DNA of 64,000 bases. Origin: Vitrella brassicaformis CCMP3155 (lineage: Eukaryota > Protista > Chromerida). The translations under genes were made by a program, and so were the position numbers. The stretch covers positions 1-64,000 of the forward strand of contig CDMY01000274.1 in the NCBI GenBank assembly GCA_001179505.1, in the 5' to 3' direction. Shown here one piece after another: positions 1 to 11,000 of the stretch. The notes beneath the pieces are model-generated. The model was given only the letters and a program-made list of their open reading frames with translations. It searched no databases and was not told the DNA's origin. Position 1 is the stretch's first letter, and each line of letters opens with the position of its first letter.

Positions 1-3000
1 TCTGAAGGCGGTGGCACCCGAGGCCGTTGCCGAAGTCCCCATTCAGATCCCCATGCCGAGCTTCGAGTCGAAATTCATAGGCTGCCCCCCCGGCACCTTT
101 AATGATGGTCGGTCGGTTGAACAAGCAAGACCTGCAGCGAAGGCTGGCAACTCACGCCGATTGATTGACGGTTGTGTTCTCTCTCTCTCTCTCTCTCTCC
201 GTGTGTGTGTGTGTGTGTGTGTTATGTATGCAGGGCTGGAGTGCAGAAACTGCTCCGCCAACACCTTCTCGGACACGACAAATGCCACTCGGTGCGAGTT
301 CTGCCCTCCCGGTATGAAAGGCCTCCAGAGACACGGATGGTCCCCCTTTGCATAAATGGCTTTCACACACTCGCCGCGTGCATGTATGTATGCGTCCAGG
401 CCAAGGTCAGCCACTGGAGGGCCAGACATCGTGCGAAGTCTGCCCGGTTGGGTATTTCAACCGCCCACGAGGAGCAACAACAGGTGTGACAGGCGTGTGC
501 TTTTGCACAGACAGAGTCGCTAGAGCATGTTCGCGGCCTTTGCCCTTCTTTCCCTTCCTGGGGACTGATGTTCGACAGGAGTTGGAGCAAATGATGATAA
601 CGGCGAAGGCGGCTGCAGACCTTGCGAAGTAGGAGAGTTTTCGAATCAACCGGGGACAGGGATATGCGAAAAGTGCCCTCAAGGCACCTATCAGGTGGGT
701 GGCTAGGTGGCCACGGCCCTTAGCTAGCTCGATTGTTCCGAGGAGTGGTAGCGACAGTCAATTATACCTTTTTGAATAAGTACGTATTCTGATGTGTGTC
801 ATACTTCTGCCGTATGTGCATGTGTGTGAAAATTCACTTTCTGCAGGATGAGGAGGGACAGAAGCAGTGCAAGCCATGTGGATACACGGAGACGACCAAG
901 GAGACGGGGGTCAGGTCCAAAGACGGCTGCTTGTGCAGAGCAAATTACTACCGCACGGAAATCTCTCGCCGTGCCCCGAACTCGACTGCGGCATTCGTCC
1001 GGGGAAAATGCGAAAAGTGCATCGAAGGTCTCACCTGCGAAGGTACTTAGTCGGCCAAAAGCTGGGCTAGCTCAGGATACTGATACTGAATATGATCAGA
1101 TCGCAACACGCTAACTTCTTCTGCCGTTCACGCTGTGACGTACAGGGATCCGTGACGATTTCGTGGATGATTTTGTGGTTGATGTCGGTTACTGGGTGCC
1201 ACGAGTGGAGAACGGTGAGCCCCGAACGCGGCTGGAGGTGTATCGATGTCTCCCAGCGAGATCCTGTCCGGGACAGCAGCCGGGGAGCTGCGTTGAACAC
1301 AGACGTGGTGCGGTATCCATAGCATACATAGCATGTCGCGCATATACTGAACATGAAAAAACAAGTAACTCACCCACCGATGTGCTTGTGCATGTCCGAT
1401 GGGGTTGCAGGATTCGTGTGTGGCCGCTGCAGAGAGGGCTATTTCCCCAACATATCTGCTCGACACAGGTGCGCGGCGCACAGACCATCAGCTCGTGAGT
1501 CACTCAGGCAGCGGCCGCGCCTACACGCGATATGCTCGTGGGCAGTAATCACGACCATTTGTCGCTCGTTGCCAGTCAATAAACGGGTCCATCCACTCGT
1601 GTTGATTCGTGTGTTGGTATTTGTCCACCCGTGGGCTGATCGATTTATGCATATAATATCTCTATCTGGCTGGGTGCAGGTGTCAGCGATGCAGCGACGA
1701 CCGCGTGGGCCCTGTGCTTTTTCTTGTCGTGGTCATCGTTGGCGTGGCGGCCCTCTTCATGTGGATCGTCAACAGTCCCAGGTTCCGAGGCGCCGAGTTT
1801 CCCGCCTTCCTGGTAGTCTTCACGCAGCAGGTGGCCGTCATTCCTACCTTCAACATCAACCTCCCCTCCGGCCTCTCGCGCACCTTCGACGGTATGAGCT
1901 TCTTCTTCGTCGTGTCGCCCAACTTTGGCCTCTCGTGTCTCGGCCTCAATGACTTCGAGCAGCAGCAGGGCATGATCCTCTGTGTCCCGCTGCTTGTCAT
2001 TCTCTCGTTCATCCTCTGCTGGGCTCTCTCACAGGTAAAAACTTGCTCGCACTGTCCATCGCACAGACAATCGGCTGGCAGGCATCGACGCATCGATTTC
2101 CTTCCTCTTCCTGTGCTGTGCCATGCTTCTCTCCCTGTCTCTGCACCAAGATCGTGCCCTATGTCTCGCCGACAGGGCAGATTCAGTTGCTCCGATACTA
2201 CAACACAGAGATCACTCTGAAAGCACTCAAATGGAACACGGTCGGTAATCCTGCGGCCACTCACGCACGGCACGCGACTCATCTAACAGCTGCCTGTCTT
2301 CGGGCTGTGCTGTGGTGTTTGTTTGCTCATTCAGGTGCCGGCCTCCATAGTAAACCTCCTGTACACTTTCCTCATCGCCATCGCCAAGATCGCCTTTGTG
2401 CCCTTCGACTGCTATCAAGTGACTGACCAGCCGCCACGATGGCTCTGCTTTCCCTCTCTTCGTTCATGTCTATCGTCATGTATGTCGTGTGCATGTGTGG
2501 ATCCTTTAGCATCCCAACGGCCAGTGGAGCGTCCGGGAGTACCCCTACATTCTGTGCTACAACGACGGCGCCGCCCGATGGAAGCGCTTCAGCGACCTGA
2601 GCCTTGCGGGCTTCTTCTTCTACACGTTTCTGGCGTTCGGTGTTGTCATCCGGTTTGCATGGCTCTTCCCCAAAAAGAGGGAGAACCCAGGTCAGCGAGC
2701 GGGCGAGGGCGTGAATGGGTGAGTGGATGAATGGAGATGTGACGGGTAGCCTGTTCTGTCTGTGTCCACACAGCGTTCATTGCTGTGTACGAGAACCTGA
2801 TCGACAAGTACTCGACGGACAAGATTTGGTGGATAGGCGTCTGGATGTCCCGCAATCTGCTCATCGCTCTCGGCACCGCCATTCTGCCGAACCTCGGCCT
2901 GTACCAGATTGCCTTCTCGTCGGGCGTCGTTGTCACATACCTCGTACTCGTGGTGGGTGGGCAAGCGAGCGAGGAGGCAATCCTTCGTTCGTCTACTCCA

Positions 3001-4761
3001 CCTTCGATGATCGATGATCGATTGATTGATTGCTGGCCGCCCTGTCCCCTCTTGTCTGTCCCTTTGTGTGTCAGCAAGTGTATCATCCCTGGAAGCGGCA
3101 GACGGACGTCTACATGGACCGGTGGCTCAACATATTCTTTCTGCACATCCTCTCCATCTGTGCGCTCCACGTCGACCCCACTGAGGCCAACCACAAGAGC
3201 GATGCCGAGCTTGTCCTTGGTTAGTTTGTTGCAGAGGCTGTTGACTGATTGATTGATTGGTCGATTTGTCTGCAGTGATTGTAGTCTTGCTGGACGCCGC
3301 CTTCATTGTGGGCTCCATCCTCACAACAATCGTGAGTGAGACCCCAAAAAAGCCGCCCTTCTCCTTGTTCTCGATCACCCCATCACTCATTTATTGATTC
3401 ATTCGTTTTGCTCCATGAGCATATGGCTGTCCGTATATGTGTGTGTGTGTGAATGCAGCGCGTTCCCAAGCGGAAGATGGGCCACTATTCGCATGTGCTG
3501 CCATTCAGGATCACCGGCACAGATGGAGGCACATTTGAAGAAGCCAATAAGCCAGCCGGTGACCGGCCCGGGACAGCCACCGACAAACAGCAGCTGGCGT
3601 CGTCCACCAGCCGACCAGACGTGTTCCTCAACCAGAACAGCGTCTTCAATGTCATCATGAGCGCTCTCTCCCAGGCCTCCGGCTACTCAACGGAGCGCAG
3701 GGATGGACCCAAGATCGACCAACATGCCAGAAAAGACCAAACCGATCCTCTTCCGGGCGCCAAGCAGCGAACTACGCCTCCCGCCGCTCTTGACGAAGAC
3801 AAGTCTCATGAGGCACCAGACGCTGGGAGGCACGAGCCTCCTCAGCCAAATCCCAGGCAAGACACCACAGTGCAGCCAGACTTCGGCCTGACTGCTGCAG
3901 AGGACGACATGTTCAGTCCCTCAGAGCTCGGTCTGTCTCCCGACGACTTTGCCCCCGACATTTTGGCGGGCTCCCTGTCCTCAGCTTGCGATAAGGCACT
4001 GGAAGAGGAGAATGCAGCGGAGGTGATTCAGCTGAGCCGGATGCACACAGCAAGGGCATCGATACGCAGCCGCTTCTCCCTCACACCCGCCCCACCGGTG
4101 TCAGACCTCTTCCTCTCGCGCCAGCCGCACGAGCGCCTCCAGGACCACCATGCCACGAGCCCGGCAGCTGACAGTGATGTGCGAGCAGAGGGTGACGTTC
4201 TTGATGCGGCCTCTTCGCCCTCGCCGATCCCCTTCCACATGACTCTGCCCAAGAGGAGACAAAGCTCTTCCTCAGGTACGTACGCAGCCAAAGCACAGAA
4301 AACGGGGAGACATGAATGAATGAATGAATGAATGAATGGAGAGAGACCTAAGCATAGCATGAGCCGGTCATCTGTCTGCATTGCCTGCAGGCGGTGATCG
4401 TGGAGGGGGGACTGTGTCCGAGACACCGATCGACAAATGGACGCCGAAGAAGGCCATCAGTACCTTCACACCCCAGCTCACGGCGCATGGTGATGAGACC
4501 CATAGGGACATGCAGTTCAGTGAAATGTTCTCCCCCGAAATGGAGAATGCTCTCGATGCCTCGTGTGCGGCGGCCTTCGGGGGCGACAATACCATCAACG
4601 AGATGCTCTCACAGTCATCCCTCTTCGTGCACGCCCCCGGCGGGACACCAAGGAGCGCTATCACAACCTTTGGCCGCCTCAGATCCAGCAACGACAACAA
4701 GGATCGGCTCGACAAGAGCACCCTGCACTCAGTGCAGGAGGAAGAACAGGAACACGACTGA
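1..4761 (+). CDS. Cysteine-repeat (GCC2/GCC3, ephrin-receptor-like CxxCxxG) multi-pass membrane protein, CRMP-like; multi-exon, 5' end outside window
   Basis: Exons joined over GT-AG introns give CPPGTFNDG|LECRNCSANTFSD..CEFCPPG|QGQPLEGQTSCEVCPVGYFN..|GCRPCEVGEFSNQPGTGICEKCPQGTYQ|DEEGQKQCKPC. About 9 hydrophobic segments follow (GPVLFLVVVIVGVAALFMWIV ... WWIGVWMSRNLLIALG..YQIAFSSGVVVTYLVLV ... VYHPW), then a low-complexity tail (ORFs 3453-4277, 4391-4761) ending at TGA 4759-4761. Confidence 0.7.
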
Positions 4762-5394
4762 CTAATGATATCGATCTCTGCATCTACACGCACATATATA
4801 CACTCAGTCAAACCCCATCCACTAGGCCCTGCCTGTCTGCCTGTCTGCCCGTCTGCCCAGTCTTTCGTTGTGGCCAGAAGGCAAGGGCTGCTTGCGATGT
4901 GTGTCCGTCTGTGTTTGTCTCTGCGCATACATCTGTGTGCCTGCTGTGTCATCGGCTTATGAGGGTTCGTCATGTGCCGGGACGCGCGGATTGACGCCTC
5001 CCGACGAACCGTCTTGATGAGCACACGCTTGTTGCTCATATGATGTGTGTGTTGGTCTGTCTGTCTGGTGTCTCTGCTCTTCGTCCAGTTCCCCATGGTC
5101 GACGCTATGTCGTCACATGCCGTCGCACGGTGACCGCATGAATGGATAGACACCAATGTACATATATGAACCGTGTGGGCCGGCTGCGTGTTCCAGTCAG
5201 GCTTTTGCCCAGCTGTGTGGCTGCTCTATGTGACGGACGGGCTGATTGTTTGTAGATGAGGTGTGGAAGCACGCCCCGTCCGTGTAGACCCCATCAGTAT
5301 GCACGTGTACATGGTCAGTTGTATTGATTCATTCGATCATTCGTAGCATGCATGATCGAATGTGTGTAGTCCATCGATACATATATCGCTGGCT

Positions 5395-5558
5395 TAGATA
5401 CCTTACCTAGCAACACACTGGTGAGACACGCGTCTGTAGGAAGGGTTGGGTGGCGGATGGTAGACCATATATCTCTTCTGGTGACCTGGCTGGCCGCACA
5501 CTGACTGACAGACTGACTGACTGACCGACTGACTGACTCGTTTGTCGATGGCCATGTA
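5395..5558 (+). repeat. Orphan copy of the 3' flank of the family gene ending at 22478 (continues at 6903-6928 after the insertion)
   Basis: tagataccttacctagcaacacactggtgag..ggtggcggatggtaga..ttctggtgacctggct..ccgcacactgactgac..tcgtttgtcgatggccatgt matches the reverse complement of ~22325-22480. Confidence 0.8.
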
Positions 5559-6902
5559 ACACGTTCTCACGAGAAACAGACTCCTTCTCATTGAAACAGA
5601 CTCGAGAATAGCCAGGGAGTGAATGAATGAGTCAACGAATGAGTCATTCACTCCACTGTGAGACTCTGAGACCTCTTTGCAATGGTGAATGGATGAATGA
5701 ATGATATCGATTGAGTGATTGGCCATCATTTTGTAGACAGCGTGTCGAATGCTTCCATGTGTTCGTACCTGGCCATAGCAGCCCAAAGAGCGAGAATGAG
5801 TCGGTGGTCGCCTGGTCCACACATGCATGTCTCCCGTTAACGTTAATTAACATTGAGAATGGCCATGCAGTGAATGAATGAGCGAATGAACGAATGAGTG
5901 AATGAATGATTCACTCTTGGACTCTTTGCAATGATGAATGGATGAATGGATGAATTAATTGATTGATTGATTGATTGCATGCATATGGATAATTGATTGA
6001 AATGATGAATCACGCTTGGCCGCCACATGCGACACACGTGCACAGGAGCTCTTCCTTGAGCTCTCCTATTGTACATAAGTGATGATCAGTCCGACACTAC
6101 CACTCCCATTGTACATCAGTATACACATGTACATATACCTCTACTAGCCCTTGACGAAACCGCATGTATGTACTTATGGTATGTACAGGTAAGGTATGGC
6201 AGGTATGCTACCCGTATACATGTGTATGAACCCTTTCGTCATTCGCCGGACCGGCAAATGACGAAAACCACGTCCGCCTCCCCTGCCTTCCATTCAGTCA
6301 TGTGTAGGCTTACCCATGCTTTTGAGTGTCAGATCGGCCTCCCGGCGGACCGCCTGTCGTCATCGGGTCCTACCCAAACCCGAATTCAAAAGCCGTGAGT
6401 ATCGGTACATTTGGGCCCGACCTTTATGTATACAGAATCCATACATGTACATTTTCGTGACGCGCGGCACCACTAGCTTTACGTGAGACACATGATTGCT
6501 TGTTGCTTGGTGCTTGTTGCTTGTTGTGCGTGTGCGTGTGTGTGAGTGTAAGTGATATCGGTGGGTGGATGGATAGATGAATGGACCGGTGCGAGCGTTG
6601 GTGATGCATGTCAACATTCATCCATTCATTCATTCGTTCTGTGTGTGGGTGTGAGTTGCCTTGGACTGCCTGTTGAAGCACATGCATCGCATTCATTGTG
6701 ATGATTCACGGAGAGGCTGCGGAGAGGCATGTGGTGCTTGGTTGTCTGTGTCGGTCGGGCGGTTGATTGCCCTCATGCGTCAATATTCATATCGTTTTGT
6801 CCCCCCACTCAATCGTTGACTCATTCGTTGACTCATTCATTCACTCTGGCTATTCTCGAGTCTGTTTCAATGAGAAGGAGTCTGTTTCTCGTGAGAACGT
6901 GT
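5559..6902. mobile_element. Non-autonomous TIR element (MITE-like), ~1344 bp, ~85-90 bp terminal inverted repeats, TA target-site duplication
   Basis: The left end acacgttctcacgagaaacagactccttctcattgaaacagactcgagaatagccag..gagtgaatgaatgagtcaacgaatgagtca (from 5559) is the reverse complement of ~6815-6902. TA flanks both sides (5557-5558, 6903-6904). No transposase ORF is seen inside. Confidence 0.75.
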
Positions 6903-7049
6903 TATGTGTCTGTCTGTTTGGCACCTTTGTATTGTCTGTGCCGGAAGCGCACCCGTACACGTGTGTTTGTGTGGTGTGCACGTCTGACTGTCGGCCTTCC
7001 CTCCCTGCCTGCCTGTCTGCCTGCCTGACTTCCTGCTTGTCTGTCTCCC

Positions 7050-7195
7050 GTGGCTTTTACTTATTCTTGTGTGGCTCCAACGGCGGCATGATTGACTTGA
7101 TGGCGGCAGACCACCGCACATATACGTCGAGACAGCCTCTTAAAGCATCTGTTGAACGGTATCGGCATGCAATGCAGACAAAGCACCTTCCGTGG
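7050..7195 (+). repeat. Dispersed repeat, ~140 bp, homologous to 22146-22305
   Basis: gtggctttt..ttcttgtgtggctccaac ggcggcatgattgacttgatggcggcagacc..agacagcctctta..tctgttgaacggtatcggcatgcaatgcagacaaag occurs at both loci. The 22 kb copy has an extra ~21 nt after ctccaac. Confidence 0.85.
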
Positions 7196-8014
7196 CTTCG
7201 TTCCCTCCTTTGTCTTGCCTTTGTCTTGCCTTTATCCCTCTCCGTCTACAGTCCGGACCGCGTAAGTGGGTCAGTACATAGCTGGCCCACTTACGCGTCT
7301 GACCCGCTTATGCGTACGTACAGAGCTGACCCACTTATTTTCCAGCGGCTTTTGGAGTGATATCTCGCTGTGAATGAATCACAGGAGCCTCTCAGAAGCC
7401 CGTTGACTCTTTTTTTCTCGCTCAAAGTCACTCAAAACGACGAAAACCGTCTGTTCTCTCATTCATTCAATCTGATTCAATCAGTCCTTGGATGGCTGCG
7501 AGAGCCCTTGCATGTCTCCGGATGTTTGATTCATCGTTGATCTCCACACACGCCACGCAAAGTGATGCAGCGTGAGTGATTTTGCAAGAAGATTCGTCAT
7601 TGACACATGCACTTGGCGTCATCAACCGTGTCTGATGGGCCATGACGGCACAAAAGGCATGAACAGCAGGCATCACAGCAAGCAAATCACACAAATCATG
7701 CCGCCCCGCCGCCTGCAGCGTGAATGCATCAGTCGAAATGATCATCAAATCGCGTCGCTCGCGCGGTGGGTGGATGGATGGATGGGTGGGTGGGTGGGTG
7801 AGCCGTTGGGTGTAAGGGGAGGGGAGCGAAAGGCAGGGGAGGGAGACTGGCCGGTGACATCAGCCCCGCACAAAGGTGTGGGCTGGATGAATGTCATCAG
7901 ATGCCACACATACACCCATGCAGGTTGGTACCAACCCCTATATGTACACACGCAGCCAGGGAGGCAGGCAGCCAGGCAGGCGGACAGACAAGTGGCCAGG
8001 GTCTGATCGATCGC

Positions 8015-11000
8015 TCATCCTGCCCGTGTGCTGTGCCTTGCTGCATTGGCCAGCACATGTCTGGCCGCCCGCTGCCCCGACAGCCAGGCGCCCGTCACAC
8101 ACTGGTGGCCCTCGCGGGACGTCGCCTCACCTACCACCATCACCAATCAGGACATTCAACACCCTCCAGGCCACCTAGCTCGCCTGTGGCATGGGCTGCC
8201 TGCCTTGTGGTACCTGCTAGGGTGAGGTGTCCGTCGTATTCGGGCGACGACAGCTCCACAATGTCGGCCTCATCAGAACCCTGCACCAGTGACACATGAA
8301 TCCGGGTATCTCTCTCGGCGTCTGTGTGACACTGTGTGACCTACCTTTGCGATGTAGCTGTAGCTGCCGAGTGCCTCTGGTTCGGTGTCCCAGTGGGTGA
8401 CCTTCCAGTCCAACAGACGGGGCAACACATCTACGCCTTCACCCTTTAGATGTGCACACATAAAGAACACTGACGCACACATGCACACCTGAGCACGGCT
8501 CTTTGTGGTTGTGTTGGTGTGGTGTGTTGTGGGTACCAGGTGTTGCTGCAGGTGCTTGAACATGGCGCGAAGCACATCCAAACACTCGTCAACCACCTGA
8601 TCGGCGGACGCCAACACACACAGAGAAGACTTAGCTGAGAGAAGTACGGGCCACCCGTCCGTGTATCCCTGCCCACCGACCGACGGACGGACCTGTTTGT
8701 CGTCTTTGCCGCCGTATCCGATGGACAGCGGGGGGTACACTTGCACACACAGAGTGCCGCGCTTCCCTGCACACACGCACACGAAGACACACACAATGCC
8801 ACACACAGATGGATGGTCGGATGGATGAATGGATGGACACACCGGCCTCCCCTGTCAGCCAGCACACCGTATGGGTGTAGGTTGAGTATCTGCATGGGAT
8901 AGTCGGCCTTTGTGGTGGCGATGTTGACACGGCTGCCGTACTCACGCCAGAAGGGGTGCTCACTATTACCACTGCCATGGTCGGTGCGGCCTCCTCCGCG
9001 TGTGGTAGCGAACCGCAGGAAGATCTTGTTGTGTGTGCCCATCCCCAGCCGCCCGATGGACGCCCGCTTGGCCGCTGACAAAGGTGGATCGAACCTCACC
9101 AAACTGACACACACATATGCAGAGAGGCGTGGCAGGACGGCTGCAAATTGCAGCACAGGGTGAGGTGGGTCTTTACCTTCTCTGCAGTGTGTCGCTTTGG
9201 TCGATTTGGTGTTGTCTGCTGTGGCACTTGAGAGAGGCCTGCAGCACGCCGAGCGGCAGAGCGGCCACCACATACCGACAACGATAGACCTGGCACACAC
9301 ACACACACACACACACAGTCCATCCATCGACGCGTTCGGCTGTCCTCTGTCCGTTCCTCCCTCCCCTCTCACCTTCTTCGACGATTGTGAGGCGGGGGCC
9401 AGGGTGATCTCCATCTGGCCGTGCCTTCTGTCGGCGTGGTACGCCACTCTCGACACACGACAGCCGTAATGCACCTCACCACCTCCCTCCGCGATCTCGC
9501 CAAGCAGGGGCTCGATGACGAGCTTGCCGTACCCATTGGCTACCAGCCAATCGCTGCGTGTGTTGTTGGCCTCGTCCATGTCAGGCACTCGGTGGACAGC
9601 GAGAGAGCCGCTTGGCGGCGGCTTGTGGGCTTCGTCCAGGAGGTTGTCAGAGTGCTCCCGTAGGTACGCGTCTCGGTCGCTGGCGAGGAGGGCACTCTTG
9701 TCTGTGGCGGTGAGGCGCCTGGCGTGTTTGTCGCGGGCGCCTTGCGTGTCCGAGCCGAAGCGGTCCTGCCAGTCCACTGTACTGGTGGTGCCTGGGTGAC
9801 GACAACCGTGGCGTGCTGAACCCATCCGTCACACCCACCCAGCACACACACACAGACACAGAAAGAGGGAAAACGGTGAGCCATCTGTCGGTGGCTTTGC
9901 CTGTCTATCAGGTGGTCTGTCTTACCGTCCAGGTCGGCTGGCGTCGCGCACCTGCCCCACGAGCGCATCTTCATCTTGTCGATGATCCGCTCATCCATTT
10001 CATCCCAGTCGCCCGCGCCCCCGTAGCCCAGCCGCTGACGCACCACAGGCAGGTACTTGCGGAAGACACTCTCCAGGTCCGCCGCATTGTCGGCCATAGC
10101 CAAGCCACACGAGATGTCGCTGTGGTAGCTCCGGGCGCCTCTGTTTCTCTGACGGGCGGACGCGATGGCCTTGTCGCAGTCCATTGGCTGAGCATCCTCA
10201 CTGACACCAGCCTCCCCTCCGTGTGCCGGCTGCTGGTGCTGCTGCTGATGCTGCCCTTCCGACGCCCCCAAAGGCTGAGCGATGCCCCTTGAATCCGCGT
10301 TATCGTGCTGAGAAGCCTCCTTGTGTTGCTCTAGGTGCGCCATTGCCTGCCGCAGGCTGTCGCGGATGCCGGCGCGGGTGAATGGGCGCCTGACCAACCC
10401 GATGACAGCGTCGCCTAGCTTCCAACCGAGGTCCTTCCGCATGTAGGTCTTGTGCAAGGTCAGGGTGGGGTGGCCGTGTCGCTCCAGCTCCTCTCGGGCG
10501 AACTGCACCGCCCACTCGGTGTCCATCATCAGGTTTGGACCGTCATCGACGCTGTCCTCGCCAGCATCTCCCGGCTGCATGTCGACATCCATGGGCTCGG
10601 ACCTCTCAGCAGCAGCAGCAGCAGCAACAGCAACAGCAGCAGCAGCCTGGCTGCCACCACCATCGGCCCTGCGGTTGCACACCTGTCGACTGTCGGCCTC
10701 GTCAGAGAGGAACATGGAGTCCCGAAAGACGACGGCCAGCTGGACGCTCCGACGGAGGGAGGCAGGGGTCCATGGCCGTTCGACGGTCACGTAGAATCTG
10801 TGTTTGCCGGTGCTGAGGACGAATGTGAAGGACCACCGAATGACCTGGGCGTCAGGCCTCGAATTTGGTGAAATGCACGATGCTCGACCGCCCTCCGAGG
10901 CACGAATGGCCGACATCTCCTCCTGCAGAAACGCCAGCGCATTCTGGAAATCCAGCTTGTCGGCCTTCTTGTCCGACCCTTCGGCGTCCTTTCCCTCCCT

